This document shows positions 41,879 to 51,226 of a stretch of DNA of 64,000 bases, one piece after another. The position numbers and the translations under genes were made by a program. The DNA is taken from NCBI GenBank assembly GCA_028868195.1, contig JAGWUZ010000007.1:27145-91144 (forward strand), in the 5' to 3' direction. Under the pieces are notes generated by a model that was not told the origin of the DNA, ran no database searches, and was given only the letters and a program-made list of their open reading frames with translations. Within the stretch, counting starts at the first letter, position 1. Every line of letters begins with the position of its first letter. This stretch comes from Sphingomonadales bacterium (GTDB taxonomy: Bacteria > Pseudomonadota > Alphaproteobacteria > Sphingomonadales > Sphingomonadaceae).

Positions 41879-41911
41879 AAGGGCCGCCCCGGGATGTCCG
41901 GGGCGGCCCTT
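41879..41911. terminator. Bidirectional intrinsic terminator
   Basis: 14-bp stem AAGGGCCGCCCCGG/CCGGGGCGGCCCTT, 5-nt loop, between convergent genes. Confidence 0.85.
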
Positions 41912-41946
41912 TCGTCTGCGGCCCGCATTGCTTAGCGGGCTGCGGG

Positions 41947-42633
41947 TTATTCCTTGATATACTTGTACTTCTGCGGAACGATCTTCTCGCGGATGTACTT
42001 GTGCCGCCGGGGCGGGATCATGCGGTGGCGCGCCGGTTCGTCGACATAGGTCACGGTGGTCGTGGTCGTCTCGACGCAGGGCTTCTGGATCATCACCGGC
42101 ACCCACACATAGCCATAGGGCGCGTAGCCGTATCCGGGGTAGATGCTGCCGGGATAGCCCGCCTGCGAACCCGAGCGTGCCCAGAACTCCTGGCATTCCT
42201 GGCGCTTCCTGGCATCGATGCCCTTGTCGATCGCCGCGCCGGCGACCGCGCCCACCGCCGCGCCGGCCACGGTGCCGAGCGTGCGGTCACCCTCGGCAAT
42301 GCGGTTGCCCGCGACACCGCCGACAACGCCGCCGATCACCGCGCCGGTCATGCCGCTTGACGGACGATAGTCGCGGCAGTGTTCGGCCTCGCCCTGCCAG
42401 TCGCGCATGGCCTGCGGATTCATTGCCTGCGGGTAGCTTCCGGCGCGCGGATCGTAGGTGCCGGTCCACTGCCCTTCGTAGGTCTGCCCGTTCGCGCCGG
42501 ACCAGTGGCCCTGCCACTGTCCCTGGTATCCGGGCACGGGCGGCGGCGCGACGCCTTGCGCGAGGGCGGGTGTGGCGGCGGCTGCGCCAAGCGCGGCGGC
42601 CGCAGCGAAAAAGGCGGAACGGGTGCGGCTCAT
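41947..42633 (-). CDS. Exported glycine-zipper 2TM protein
   Basis: Signal peptide; GAVIGGVVGGVAG...GTVAGAAVGAVAGAAID zipper flanked by two Cys. Confidence 0.85.
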   Translation of the reverse strand: MSRTRSAFFAAAAALGAAAATPALAQGVAPPPVPGYQGQWQGHWSGANGQTYEGQWTGTYDPRAGSYPQAMNPQAMRDWQGEAEHCRDYRPSSGMTGAVIGGVVGGVAGNRIAEGDRTLGTVAGAAVGAVAGAAIDKGIDARKRQECQEFWARSGSQAGYPGSIYPGYGYAPYGYVWVPVMIQKPCVETTTTTVTYVDEPARHRMIPPRRHKYIREKIVPQKYKYIKE

Positions 42634-42790
42634 CGAGATCCCCTGTCGGTTGCGGTCCGGCGGTGCAAAAGCGGGTGCCGGTTAGTCCACGTTAACCGAC
42701 AAGTTACCATCGCATCGCGCACGAAACCAAGCTTCGCGCGCGCCGTGTCCCGTTTCGGAGCAGGAGTGAGCGGCTCAGGTCGGACTCCCG

Positions 42791-43273
42791 TCAGACGTGT
42801 GGCGCGAGGGCTTCGGCGAGCGCCGCGATTCCCCGGGCGTCTTCGGCGTCGAACCGCGCCATTTCGGGGCTGTCGAGATCGATCACCGCCACGACTGCGC
42901 CCTCGCGTAACACCGGGACCACCAGTTCCGACGCGCTCGCTCCGTCGCAGGCGATGTGCCCCGGAAAGGCATGGACGTCCTCGACCAGCTGCGTCTCACC
43001 GCTCGCCGCCGCGACGCCGCACACGCCCTTGCCGAGCGGGATGCGGATGCAGGCGGGCTTGCCGATGAACGGGCCGAGCACGAGCTCGTCCCCCGCCATG
43101 CGGTAAAACCCCGCCCAGTTGAGCCGCGGCACGAATTGCCAGATCAGCGCCGCGACGTTCGCCATGTTGGCGACCGGATCGGGCTCGCCTTCGACCAGCG
43201 CGCGCGCGGCGAGCACCAGTTCGCGGTAGGTTTCGGCCTTGGGGGCGTCTGCTGTGGGAGCAAAGTCGTACAT
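42791..43273 (-). CDS. msrC: GAF-domain free methionine-R-sulfoxide reductase
   Basis: ANMANVAALIW, LNWAGFY, LGPFIGKPACIRI, GKGVCG, DVHAFPGHIACD.AS.SE, VIDLDSP. Confidence 0.9.
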   Translation of the reverse strand: MYDFAPTADAPKAETYRELVLAARALVEGEPDPVANMANVAALIWQFVPRLNWAGFYRMAGDELVLGPFIGKPACIRIPLGKGVCGVAAASGETQLVEDVHAFPGHIACDGASASELVVPVLREGAVVAVIDLDSPEMARFDAEDARGIAALAEALAPHV

Positions 43274-43408
43274 CGGTGGCTTCTTAGCGGCTTGACGCCT
43301 CGCACAAAAGTCGCGCCGCGCAACTTTGCCGCTCCAGACCCGCGCGGATTGCCGAATGGACATGCGCAGACCATTGCCGTCGGGCCCGGCGGGCCCTAGT
43401 TTCGCGGC

Positions 43409-44872
43409 ATGTCCAGCTTGCGCAAGGCGCTCGTCGCCATCGTCCTCGTCGCCGCCATAGCCGCCGGCGTCATATGGTTTCTCACCCGCATCCCGGCCGC
43501 GACGCTCAGCGATGCCGAGGTCAACGGCCCCAAAGCCACCGTGGCGGAGGCCGACGCGCAGACCATTCCCACGATCGGCGTGGCCAAGCCCATTGGCTGG
43601 AAGGACGGGGAATCGCCGGTCGCCGCGCAGGGGCTGGCGGTCACGCGCTTCGCCGACAAGCTCGACCACCCGCGCTCGCTTTACACGCTGCCCAATGGCG
43701 ACGTGCTGGTCACCGAGACCAACAGCCCCCCGCGCAAGGGCGGCGGGATCGAAGGTATCGTCGAGCGCTGGCTGATGAACGCGGCGGGCGCGGGCGAGCC
43801 TTCGCCCAACAAGATCGTGGTGCTGCGCGATACCAACGGCGACGGCAAGGCCGACCAGCGCTTCGTGATGAGCAACCCAGCGCTCAATTCGCCCTTCGGC
43901 CTGGCGTGGAGGGATGGCCGGCTCTACGTCGCCAACAACGACGCGGTCGTTTCGTGGCCGTTCCAGCCGGGAGACACGGCATTGAACGGCGCGCCCGAAA
44001 AGCTCGTCGATCTGCCCGCGGGCGGCGAGCACTGGGTGCGCAACCTCGCGCTCAGCCCTGATGGCACGAAGCTGTACATCTCCGTCGGCTCCTCGACCAA
44101 CATCGCCGACCACGGCATCGACGCCGAAAAGGGCCGCGCGGTGATCGACGAGTACGATTTCGCCACCAAGGCGATGCGCGAATTCGGCGGCGGCATGCGC
44201 AATCCCAACGGGATGGCGTTCAACCCGGCGACGGGCGAACTGTGGACCGTGGTGAACGAGCGCGACATGCTGGGGTCCGACGGGCCGCCCGACTACCTCA
44301 GCAACGTGCCGCTGGGCGTGCAGTACGGCTGGCCGTGGGTCTACTGGAAGAACCACTTCGACGACCGGGTGCAGGCTCCGCCGCCCGACTACCTGACCGG
44401 CTACGTGCGCAAGCCCGAATATGCGCTGGGCGCGCATACCGCGCCGCTGGGTCTTACCTTCGTCAACGGCGGCGCGCTGCTGGGGCCGGACTTCGCCAAC
44501 GGCGCGGTCATCGCGCGCCACGGATCGTGGAACCGCCGGCCGCTGTCGGGCTACGACGTGGTTTTCGTCGCCTTCGACGCCCATGGCAACGCGCTGCCCA
44601 ACCAGCCCAGGCCGATCCTCACCGGCTTCCTCGAAAAGGGCGGGCACAAGGCGCATGGCCGCCCGGTCTGGACCGGCTGGGCGAAGGACGGTGCGCTGCT
44701 GGTAAGCGACGACGTGGGCGGCGTGATCTGGCGGGTGGTCGCGCCGGGTGCGGCGCCGGCGGCGGCGATCGTGCCGGTCAAGTCGGACCTCGTGCCCAAG
44801 GAGCCCAAGCTCAACGGGACGATCGCCACCCCCGACTACAAGTCGGCGCTCTACCAGCCGTTCAAGCAGTAA
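43409..44872 (+). CDS. Sorbosone / PQQ-dependent sugar dehydrogenase-family protein
   Basis: N-terminal TM; LDHPRSLY.LPNGDVLVTE, PFGLAW, HWVRN, GMRNPNG, NERDMLG..GPPDY, HGSWNR, GRPV, LLVSDDVG. Confidence 0.9.
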   Translation: MSSLRKALVAIVLVAAIAAGVIWFLTRIPAATLSDAEVNGPKATVAEADAQTIPTIGVAKPIGWKDGESPVAAQGLAVTRFADKLDHPRSLYTLPNGDVLVTETNSPPRKGGGIEGIVERWLMNAAGAGEPSPNKIVVLRDTNGDGKADQRFVMSNPALNSPFGLAWRDGRLYVANNDAVVSWPFQPGDTALNGAPEKLVDLPAGGEHWVRNLALSPDGTKLYISVGSSTNIADHGIDAEKGRAVIDEYDFATKAMREFGGGMRNPNGMAFNPATGELWTVVNERDMLGSDGPPDYLSNVPLGVQYGWPWVYWKNHFDDRVQAPPPDYLTGYVRKPEYALGAHTAPLGLTFVNGGALLGPDFANGAVIARHGSWNRRPLSGYDVVFVAFDAHGNALPNQPRPILTGFLEKGGHKAHGRPVWTGWAKDGALLVSDDVGGVIWRVVAPGAAPAAAIVPVKSDLVPKEPKLNGTIATPDYKSALYQPFKQ

Positions 44873-44879
44873 ACGCGGG

Positions 44880-45695
44880 TTACAGGAGCTTTCCGGCGCG
44901 CCCGGCAAGCTCTGTGACATAGTGCCAGGCGACACGGCCCGAACGCTGGCCGCGCCGCTTGGCCCATTCGAGCGCGTCGGCTTCCTCGAAGGCAAGTTCG
45001 TGGTGCGCGGCGTAGCCCGCGACGATCGCGAGATAATCGTCCTGCGAGCAGTTGTGGAAGCCCACCGACAGCCCGAAGCGGTCGGCCAGCGCCAGCCGGT
45101 CGTCGACCGCGTCGCGCGGGTTGATCGGATCGTCCTGCTCGCTCGAATGGCGCTCGACGATGGCGCGGCGGTTGCTGGTGACGGCGAGGCGCACGTTGGC
45201 GGGACGCGCCTCGACCCCGCCTTCGAGCCACGAGCGCAGGCGGCGCGCCGCACCCTCGTCGCCGTCATCGAAGCCGAGGTCGTCGAGGAACACGAGGAAG
45301 CGGCGGTCGAGCCCGCGCAGGCTTTCGAACAGGGCGGCCAGTCCCGCGTCGGGGCTCGCCTGCACCAGCGCGATCTTCCCCTGCGTTGCGGCTTGCGCGG
45401 CGAGCACCGCGGCGCGCAGCAGCGCCGACTTGCCCATCCCGCGCGCGCCCCACAGCAGCATGTCGTGCGCCGCCGCGCCGTGCGCGAGTCGCGCGACGTT
45501 CTCGACCACGGTCGCCTTCTGGCGGTCGATGCCGCGCATCAGGTCGAGCGGAGGGGCCTCCAGCGCATCGATCCCGCGCGCCGATGCGCCGTCCCACACA
45601 TAGGCGGGATGCGCGTGCCAGTCGGCCGCCGGGCGGGCGGGCGGCACGAGCCGTTCGAGCGCTTCGGCAATGCGGGAAAGCGCGTCTTCGCTCAT
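44880..45695 (-). CDS. DUF815 AAA+ ATP-binding protein
   Basis: LLWGARGMGKS, VFLDDLGF, TSNRRAIV, LALADRFGL..GF, RSGRVAW. Confidence 0.88.
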   Translation of the reverse strand: MSEDALSRIAEALERLVPPARPAADWHAHPAYVWDGASARGIDALEAPPLDLMRGIDRQKATVVENVARLAHGAAAHDMLLWGARGMGKSALLRAAVLAAQAATQGKIALVQASPDAGLAALFESLRGLDRRFLVFLDDLGFDDGDEGAARRLRSWLEGGVEARPANVRLAVTSNRRAIVERHSSEQDDPINPRDAVDDRLALADRFGLSVGFHNCSQDDYLAIVAGYAAHHELAFEEADALEWAKRRGQRSGRVAWHYVTELAGRAGKLL

Positions 45696-47422
45696 GCCGT
45701 GAGCGTCTCGGTGTCGAGCTCGTAGTACAGCGCCGAGCCTGCCATTGCCGAGTTGGCAAGGCCGCGCGCCTCGGGTGCGACATGCTCGTTGAAGTAGCGC
45801 GCGACCGCCTGCTTGACGGGGCCGGCGCCGCCCTCGACCTGGCGCAGCAGCTGCCATCCCGCGACCGCGACCGCGCACATCGTGGTGAAGGGCACGCTGC
45901 CGGCAAGCCTGTCATCGACGCTGGCGTCCTCGACCATCCAGCGCGCGACCGCAGACGCGTCCTGCGCCAGCTGCCTGAGGCCCGGCACGTCCGTGCTCGC
46001 TGCGATCACTTCGGCGAGCAGGGCCTGCAGCACCGCACCGTTTCCGAAACCGAGCTTGCGCGTAACGAGATCGGCGGCCTGGATGCCGTTGGTGCCTTCG
46101 TAGATCGGCGCGATGCGCGCGTCGCGATAGTGTTGCGCGGCGCCGGTTTCCTCGATGAAGCCCATGCCGCCATGCACCTGCACGCCGATCGATGCGACCT
46201 CGCAGCCGACGTCTGTGCCCCAGGCCTTGATCATCGGCACCAGCGTTTCGGCGCGCTGCTGTGCGGCCTCGTCGCCCAGCGAGCCGCGGTCGATCTGCCC
46301 GGCGGTGTAGTAGAGCAGCGCGCGCGCGCCCTCGGTCAGCGCGCGCATCCTGAGCAACATGCGGCGCACGTCGGGGTGCTCGACGATCGCGACCGGGTTC
46401 TTGTCGGGCGAGCCTGCGCGTGCCGACTGGACGCGGTCCTTCGCATAGTCGCGCGCCTGCTGCCACGCGCGCTCGGCGATCTGCACGCCCTGGCTGCCGA
46501 CGTTGACGCGGGCCGAGTTCATCATCGTGAACATCGCGCGCAGGCCGCCGTTCTCGTGCCCCACAATCTCGCCGATGCAGGCGTCGTTGTCGCCGTAGCT
46601 CATCACGCAGGTCGGCGAGGAGTTGATGCCCAGCTTGTGCTCGATCGACACGCAGCGCACGTCGTTGCGCGCGCCGGGATTGCCCGAGGCATCGACGTGG
46701 TACTTCGGCACGATGAACAGCGAGATGCCGCGCGAGCCCACGGGCGCGCCGGGGGTGCGGGCCAGCACGAGATGGACGATGTTCTTCGCGAGGTCATGCT
46801 CGCCGAAGGTGATGAAGATCTTGGTGCCCTTGATCCGGTACTTGCCCGCGTGCTCGCCCCCAAATTCGTCGGCGCCGATCGGCGTGGCGGTGGTGCGCAG
46901 CGCGCCCACGTCTGACCCGGCCTGGGGCTCGGTCAGGTTCATCGTCCCCGACCATTCGCCGCTGACCAGTTTCGGCAGGTAGAGCGCCTTCTGCGCGTCG
47001 CTGCCGTGGTGGTGGAGCGATTCGATCGCACCGACCGTCAGCATCGGCAGCAGGGTGAAGGCCATGTTGGCCGATCCCAGTGTCTCGATCACGCAGGTCG
47101 CCAGCGTGAAGGGCAGGCCCTGTCCGCCGAAATCGACCGGCCCGGCGATCGCGCCCCAGCCCTGCTCGACGAACTGGGCATAGGCCTCGGCATAGCCGTC
47201 GGGCAGCGTGACGACGCCGCCTTCGAGCTTCGCGCCGTCGAGGTCGCCGACGCGGTTCAGCGGCGCGAACTCGCCCGAGGCCAGCGCGCCGATGCCTTCG
47301 GCGATCGCCTCGACCATGTCCATGCTCGCTTCGGCGAAGCGGTCCGACTGCGCCAGCTCTTCGATTCCCGCGTTGACGCGCATCGCGAGCACCTGGTCGG
47401 CGGTGGGGGCGGTGAAGCTCAT
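45692..47422 (-). CDS. Acyl-CoA dehydrogenase (long, about 576 aa type)
   Basis: GTMNLTEPQAGSDVG, GTKIFITFGEHD, EHKLGINSSPTC, IVEHPDVRRML, QVHGGMGFIEE, IYEGTNGIQAADL. Confidence 0.95.
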   Translation of the reverse strand: MSFTAPTADQVLAMRVNAGIEELAQSDRFAEASMDMVEAIAEGIGALASGEFAPLNRVGDLDGAKLEGGVVTLPDGYAEAYAQFVEQGWGAIAGPVDFGGQGLPFTLATCVIETLGSANMAFTLLPMLTVGAIESLHHHGSDAQKALYLPKLVSGEWSGTMNLTEPQAGSDVGALRTTATPIGADEFGGEHAGKYRIKGTKIFITFGEHDLAKNIVHLVLARTPGAPVGSRGISLFIVPKYHVDASGNPGARNDVRCVSIEHKLGINSSPTCVMSYGDNDACIGEIVGHENGGLRAMFTMMNSARVNVGSQGVQIAERAWQQARDYAKDRVQSARAGSPDKNPVAIVEHPDVRRMLLRMRALTEGARALLYYTAGQIDRGSLGDEAAQQRAETLVPMIKAWGTDVGCEVASIGVQVHGGMGFIEETGAAQHYRDARIAPIYEGTNGIQAADLVTRKLGFGNGAVLQALLAEVIAASTDVPGLRQLAQDASAVARWMVEDASVDDRLAGSVPFTTMCAVAVAGWQLLRQVEGGAGPVKQAVARYFNEHVAPEARGLANSAMAGSALYYELDTETLTA

Positions 47423-47470
47423 TTGCGTGTTTTCCTTGTCCCTCTGTCGCGGCGGCTATAGCGGCAAGAA

Positions 47471-48421
47471 ATGCCCGGAACCAAGCCTGCAAATCTGCGT
47501 CGCTGCGATGTCGAAGGATTCGCCGAAGCCGCGCGCGTGATCGCCGCCGGTGGCACGGTCGCAGTGCCGACCGAGACCGTCTACGGCCTTGCCGCGCGCG
47601 CCGACGACGATGCGGCGGTGGCGGGGATCTACCGCGCCAAGGGCCGGCCCGACTTCAACCCGCTGATCGTCCACGTCACCGGGCTCGAGGCGGCGGAGCG
47701 ACTGGCGCGGTTCGACGAACGCGCTCGCTCGCTCGCCGCCGCGTTCTGGCCCGGCGCGCTGACCATGGTGCTGCCGCGCCGCGCCGGTGCGCCGCTCGCC
47801 GAAGCGGTGAGCGCCGGACTGCCGACCGTGGCGTTGCGCTGCCCGGCGCATCCCGCAATGCAGACGCTGCTCGCCAAATGCGCGCTGCCGCTCGCCGCGC
47901 CGAGCGCCAATCGCAGCGGCGGAGTGAGCCCGACGAGCGCAGCGCACGTCGTCGCCTCGCTCGGCGAACGGGTCGACGTGATTCTTGACGGCGGCGAGAC
48001 CGAGCGCGGCATCGAATCGACGATCGTCGCCCTGCGGGAGGGCGGTGGGTGGCACGTCCTGCGTCCCGGCCCGGTGACGGAGGCGCAGATTTCCGCTGTT
48101 CTCGGCGCGCCCAGCAACGTCATGGCGCCACCCGGCCGGATCGAGGCGCCGGGGCAGCTGACCAGCCACTACGCGCCGGGAAAGCCGGTGCGGCTTGGCG
48201 CCGAGGCGGCGCAAGAGGGCGAGTACCTGATCGGTTTCGGCGCGGTGGCGGGCGATGTCTCGCTGTCGCCGGCGGGCGATCTCGCCGAGGCCGCGGCGCG
48301 GCTATATGCCTGCCTCCACGCGGCAGCGGGCGCCCCGCAGCCGCGCATCGCGGTGGCGCCGGTGCCGGAGGAAGGAATCGGCGTCGCGATCAACGACCGG
48401 CTGCGGCGCGCGGCAGCCTAG
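47471..48421 (+). CDS. tsaC: Threonylcarbamoyl-AMP synthase (Sua5)
   Basis: VPTETVYGLAA, KGRPDFNPLI, FWPGALT, AAPSANRSG, GIESTI, APGQL.SHYAP, INDRLRRAA. Confidence 0.94.
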   Translation: MPGTKPANLRRCDVEGFAEAARVIAAGGTVAVPTETVYGLAARADDDAAVAGIYRAKGRPDFNPLIVHVTGLEAAERLARFDERARSLAAAFWPGALTMVLPRRAGAPLAEAVSAGLPTVALRCPAHPAMQTLLAKCALPLAAPSANRSGGVSPTSAAHVVASLGERVDVILDGGETERGIESTIVALREGGGWHVLRPGPVTEAQISAVLGAPSNVMAPPGRIEAPGQLTSHYAPGKPVRLGAEAAQEGEYLIGFGAVAGDVSLSPAGDLAEAAARLYACLHAAAGAPQPRIAVAPVPEEGIGVAINDRLRRAAA

Positions 48422-48464
48422 GCGGCGTGGAATTTGTCGACGCCGCCTGGGGCCGGTCGCGGGC

Positions 48465-49217
48465 CTAGGGTGTGTCGGCGCTCTCGCAGACGAGCTTGCC
48501 CGAACCCATCGCCTTTACCGTGCACTTCGCCCGGCCGGTGACGCGAACGGTGCCGGAACCCATGATCTTCGCCTCGACCTCACCGTCCGAGGCGAAGCCT
48601 GCGTCGCCCGAACCCATCACGTCGATCTTGGCGCTGCCGGCCTTGAGCCGGGAAAGATCGGTCTTGCCGCTGCCCATGACTGCCAGCTTGAGCCTATCGG
48701 CACTGCCTGCACCGGTTACGTTGCCCGAACCGAGGACGTCGACCTTGAGCTTCCCGGCCTCGACCGCGCGCGCGTCGATCGTGCCCGAGCCCATGCTGGC
48801 GATCTCGGCCTTGTCGCCGGCGAGCCTGTCCGCGGTGATCGAGCCCGAGCCCAGCATCGAGAGCTTGCGCGGCGCGGGCATCGTGATCGCCACGGTAGCG
48901 ACGCCGCCTCCCTTCGAGAACAGGCCGTTCTCGCGCATGATCGAGAGCTTGCCATCATCGAGCCTGAAGCGCAGCTTGTCCTTGATCGCATCGTCCCCGG
49001 TGACGGTGATCGCCAGCTTCTTGCCGGTCGCGATGGTCACGGTGTCGGGGCCGAGCAACGCGACTTCGTTGGCGGTCTTGCCCGACAGGTCGAGCTGCGA
49101 CAGCGGAACGCCGCCGTCGCTGCCGAAGTGGATATTGGCGCCGTCGCAGCCGCCCAGCGAGGCGGCAATGCCCAGCACGGCGGCGCCAGCCAGGGCGCGC
49201 GCGAAATCCTTCAACAT
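48465..49217 (-). CDS. GIN-domain / DUF2807 lipoprotein
   Basis: Lipobox LGGC; repeated (M/L)GSG beta-helix units. Confidence 0.88.
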   Translation of the reverse strand: MLKDFARALAGAAVLGIAASLGGCDGANIHFGSDGGVPLSQLDLSGKTANEVALLGPDTVTIATGKKLAITVTGDDAIKDKLRFRLDDGKLSIMRENGLFSKGGGVATVAITMPAPRKLSMLGSGSITADRLAGDKAEIASMGSGTIDARAVEAGKLKVDVLGSGNVTGAGSADRLKLAVMGSGKTDLSRLKAGSAKIDVMGSGDAGFASDGEVEAKIMGSGTVRVTGRAKCTVKAMGSGKLVCESADTP

Positions 49218-49335
49218 GGCGAGAGACTCCTGCCGTTTCTGTGTTGCCGATATAATACAGCAACACGAGGGCGGCAAGCACGCCTCCATGTCGTTCGTCG
49301 ATCCGGTCCAACGTTCGGACCGTGCCCAAAACGAA

Positions 49336-49361
49336 AGGGCCGCCGGTTTCCCGGCGGCCCT
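49336..49361 (-). terminator. Intrinsic terminator of carD
   Basis: 11-bp stem, 4-nt loop, followed by TTCGTTTT on the minus strand. Confidence 0.85.
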
Positions 49362-49391
49362 CGCAACGACCATCGACTGGACCGGATGGGC

Positions 49392-49919
49392 TCAGGCGGT
49401 GGCTTCGTAGTACTTCGGCGCGTGCTCGTTGAGGATCGCGAGGATCTTCTTGAGCGCGGCGGGCTCGTCGGTCTTTTCCATCGCCGCCAGCTCGCGGGCG
49501 AGGCGCGACGAGGCGGCCTCGAAGATCTGGCGCTCCGAATAGGACTGTTCGGGCTGGTCATCGGCGCGGAACAGGTCGCGCGTCACCTCGGCGATCGACA
49601 CAAGGTCGCCCGAGTTGATCTTGGCTTCGTATTCCTGGGCGCGGCGCGACCACATGGTGCGCTTGACCTTGGGCTTGCCCTTGAGCGTGTCGAGCGCTTC
49701 GCGCAGCGTCTTGTCCGACGAGAGCTTGCGCATGCCGATCGATTCGACCTTGTTCACCGGAACGCGGAGCGTCATGCGCTCCTTCTCGAAGCGCAGCACG
49801 TAGAGCTGCAGCTTCATGCCAGCGATTTCTTCATCCTGAAGTTCGACCACCCGGCCCACGCCGTGCTTCGGGTAGACGACGTAATCCCCAACATCGAAGG
49901 CCAGTGCCTTGGTTGCCAT
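49392..49919 (-). CDS. carD: CarD-family transcription factor
   Basis: FDVGDYVVYPKHGVG, RVP, WSRRAQEYEAKINSGD, SYSERQIFE.A..RLAREL. Confidence 0.96.
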   Translation of the reverse strand: MATKALAFDVGDYVVYPKHGVGRVVELQDEEIAGMKLQLYVLRFEKERMTLRVPVNKVESIGMRKLSSDKTLREALDTLKGKPKVKRTMWSRRAQEYEAKINSGDLVSIAEVTRDLFRADDQPEQSYSERQIFEAASSRLARELAAMEKTDEPAALKKILAILNEHAPKYYEATA

Positions 49920-50105
49920 AGGTTAGGTTATCCTTTCGATATCGGCGCGGTAGGTGACCTTGCGGGGCGGGAAAGCCCCGTCTTCTTGACCCGGCAAACG
50001 ACCGCCCGAACGCGGCCTTCTAAAGCCCATCGATCAGTTTGCCGCCAACCCGCCTTCTCGTGCTGAAACACGCCGGACGACCCATACTTCCAGCGCTTGA
50101 TTCAG

Positions 50106-50134
50106 CCTATAGCACTTCTGTAATAAAATTGCCA
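50106..50134 (-). promoter_or_regulatory. Candidate carD promoter (extended -10, AT-rich spacer)
   Basis: TGGCAA-N17-TATAGG with TG at -15/-14 and spacer TTTTATTACAGAAG. Confidence 0.5.
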
Positions 50135-50208
50135 GCGCCTAGAATCCATAGGACATCGCGGCCCGCGGAAATCTGCGCGCTGCCGCAAGAGGCCGGCCTG
50201 CGGCGACG

Positions 50209-50466
50209 TCACATGCGCGCCAGCCTTTGACTGACATTAGCTACCATCTCTCGGGCAATGCCGAGCTTTTCCGCGTCGGCCAATATTGCAGTCAGTATCC
50301 GGGCAATTTCCTTGTTGAGCGAGGATTGCCGGTCCAGTCGGGTCTCCGCTTCGGAAAGTCGCTCCATCACGCGGGCGAGTTTCCCCGCATTCAGGGACCA
50401 GCCAAGAATGAAGCCGATAGTTGCGGATATTGCTGCTGTAACAGCGTGGCTTAAAATCGCGAGCAT
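50209..50466 (-). CDS. Small orphan protein, one TM helix plus amphipathic/coiled-coil tail (85 aa)
   Basis: MLAILSHAVTAAISATIGFILGWSLNAGKL...; RBS GAGAAG; candidate promoter at 50501-50528; visibly lower GC than the flanks. Confidence 0.6.
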   Translation of the reverse strand: MLAILSHAVTAAISATIGFILGWSLNAGKLARVMERLSEAETRLDRQSSLNKEIARILTAILADAEKLGIAREMVANVSQRLARM

Positions 50467-50560
50467 CGAACCACTTCTCGACCGCAGCTGACAGGGTCGA
50501 GTCTTAGACAAGAATCGCAAGCGGACAACCGGAAACGGACGCAATTGCGCCCGTTCCGGA

Positions 50561-50899
50561 TCAGTCGCCTTCGCCGGGCTCGGTCGAGAAATACTTCTCG
50601 AACTTGCCTTCTTCGCCCTTGTGCTCGTCGGCGTCGCCCGGCGCTTCGCGCTTGGAGGTGATGTTGGGCCACTCGGCCGAATACCTGGTGTTGAGCTCGA
50701 GCCACTGTTCGAGACCGCTCTCGGTATCGGGCAGGATCGCCTCGGCCGGGCATTCGGGCTCACAAACGCCGCAGTCGATGCACTCGCTGGGATTGATCAC
50801 CAGCATGTTCGCGCCTTCGTAGAAGCAGTCCACCGGGCAGACTTCGACGCAGTCGGTGTACTTGCAGCGGATGCAGGCGTCGGTGACGACGTAGGTCAT
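50561..50899 (-). CDS. fdxA: 7Fe ferredoxin
   Basis: [29 protein letters not shown]...[16 protein letters not shown]. Confidence 0.97.
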   Translation of the reverse strand: MTYVVTDACIRCKYTDCVEVCPVDCFYEGANMLVINPSECIDCGVCEPECPAEAILPDTESGLEQWLELNTRYSAEWPNITSKREAPGDADEHKGEEGKFEKYFSTEPGEGD

Positions 50900-50914
50900 G
50901 GCGAAAACGATCCC

Positions 50915-51226
50915 TCAAGTCTTGGTCGAATCATTTGCAGCTAGAGGCGAAGCGGCGGGTGCGTCAAGCATCTCGTCCAGCCGCTCGTAACAGGAGCGCG
51001 CCTCGGCGGCCGGACCGCGCCGCGCGGGAAGCGCGAGCAGGCGCAGTACGGCGACATGGTCACCGAGCGGCAAGGTCAGCACGTCGCCCGGCGCAACAGG
51101 GGCCGAGGCGCGCTCCACCCGCCGCCCGTTGACGCGGATATGGCCGGCTTCGGCCCATTGCCGGGCAAGCCCGCGCGTCCTGGCGAGGCGCAGGAAGAAC
51201 AGCAGCTTGTCGATGCGCATCGCCAT
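50915..51226 (-). CDS. S4-domain RNA-binding protein (Hsp15-like)
   Basis: MRIDKLLFFLRLARTR.LA...GHIRVNG...GDVLT..RGPAAEA..CY; TGATG overlap with the helicase stop. Confidence 0.9.
   Translation of the reverse strand: MAMRIDKLLFFLRLARTRGLARQWAEAGHIRVNGRRVERASAPVAPGDVLTLPLGDHVAVLRLLALPARRGPAAEARSCYERLDEMLDAPAASPLAANDSTKT

Noticed and set aside
42680-42707. Repeated TAAC/TTAAC upstream of the glycine-zipper gene as a CtrA site
   Set aside because: Half-site spacings of 10 and 12 nt do not fit TTAA-N7-TTAA; too weak to call.
42791-45268. 825-aa minus-strand ORF
   Set aside because: The real CDS is the C-terminal GAF protein (from 43273); the remainder is antisense to the sorbosone dehydrogenase.
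50110-50136. CIRCE-like or sigma54-like pattern in the carD promoter
   Set aside because: Five or more mismatches to TTAGCACTC-N9-GAGTGCTAA; the sigma54 -12 GC is replaced by AC.
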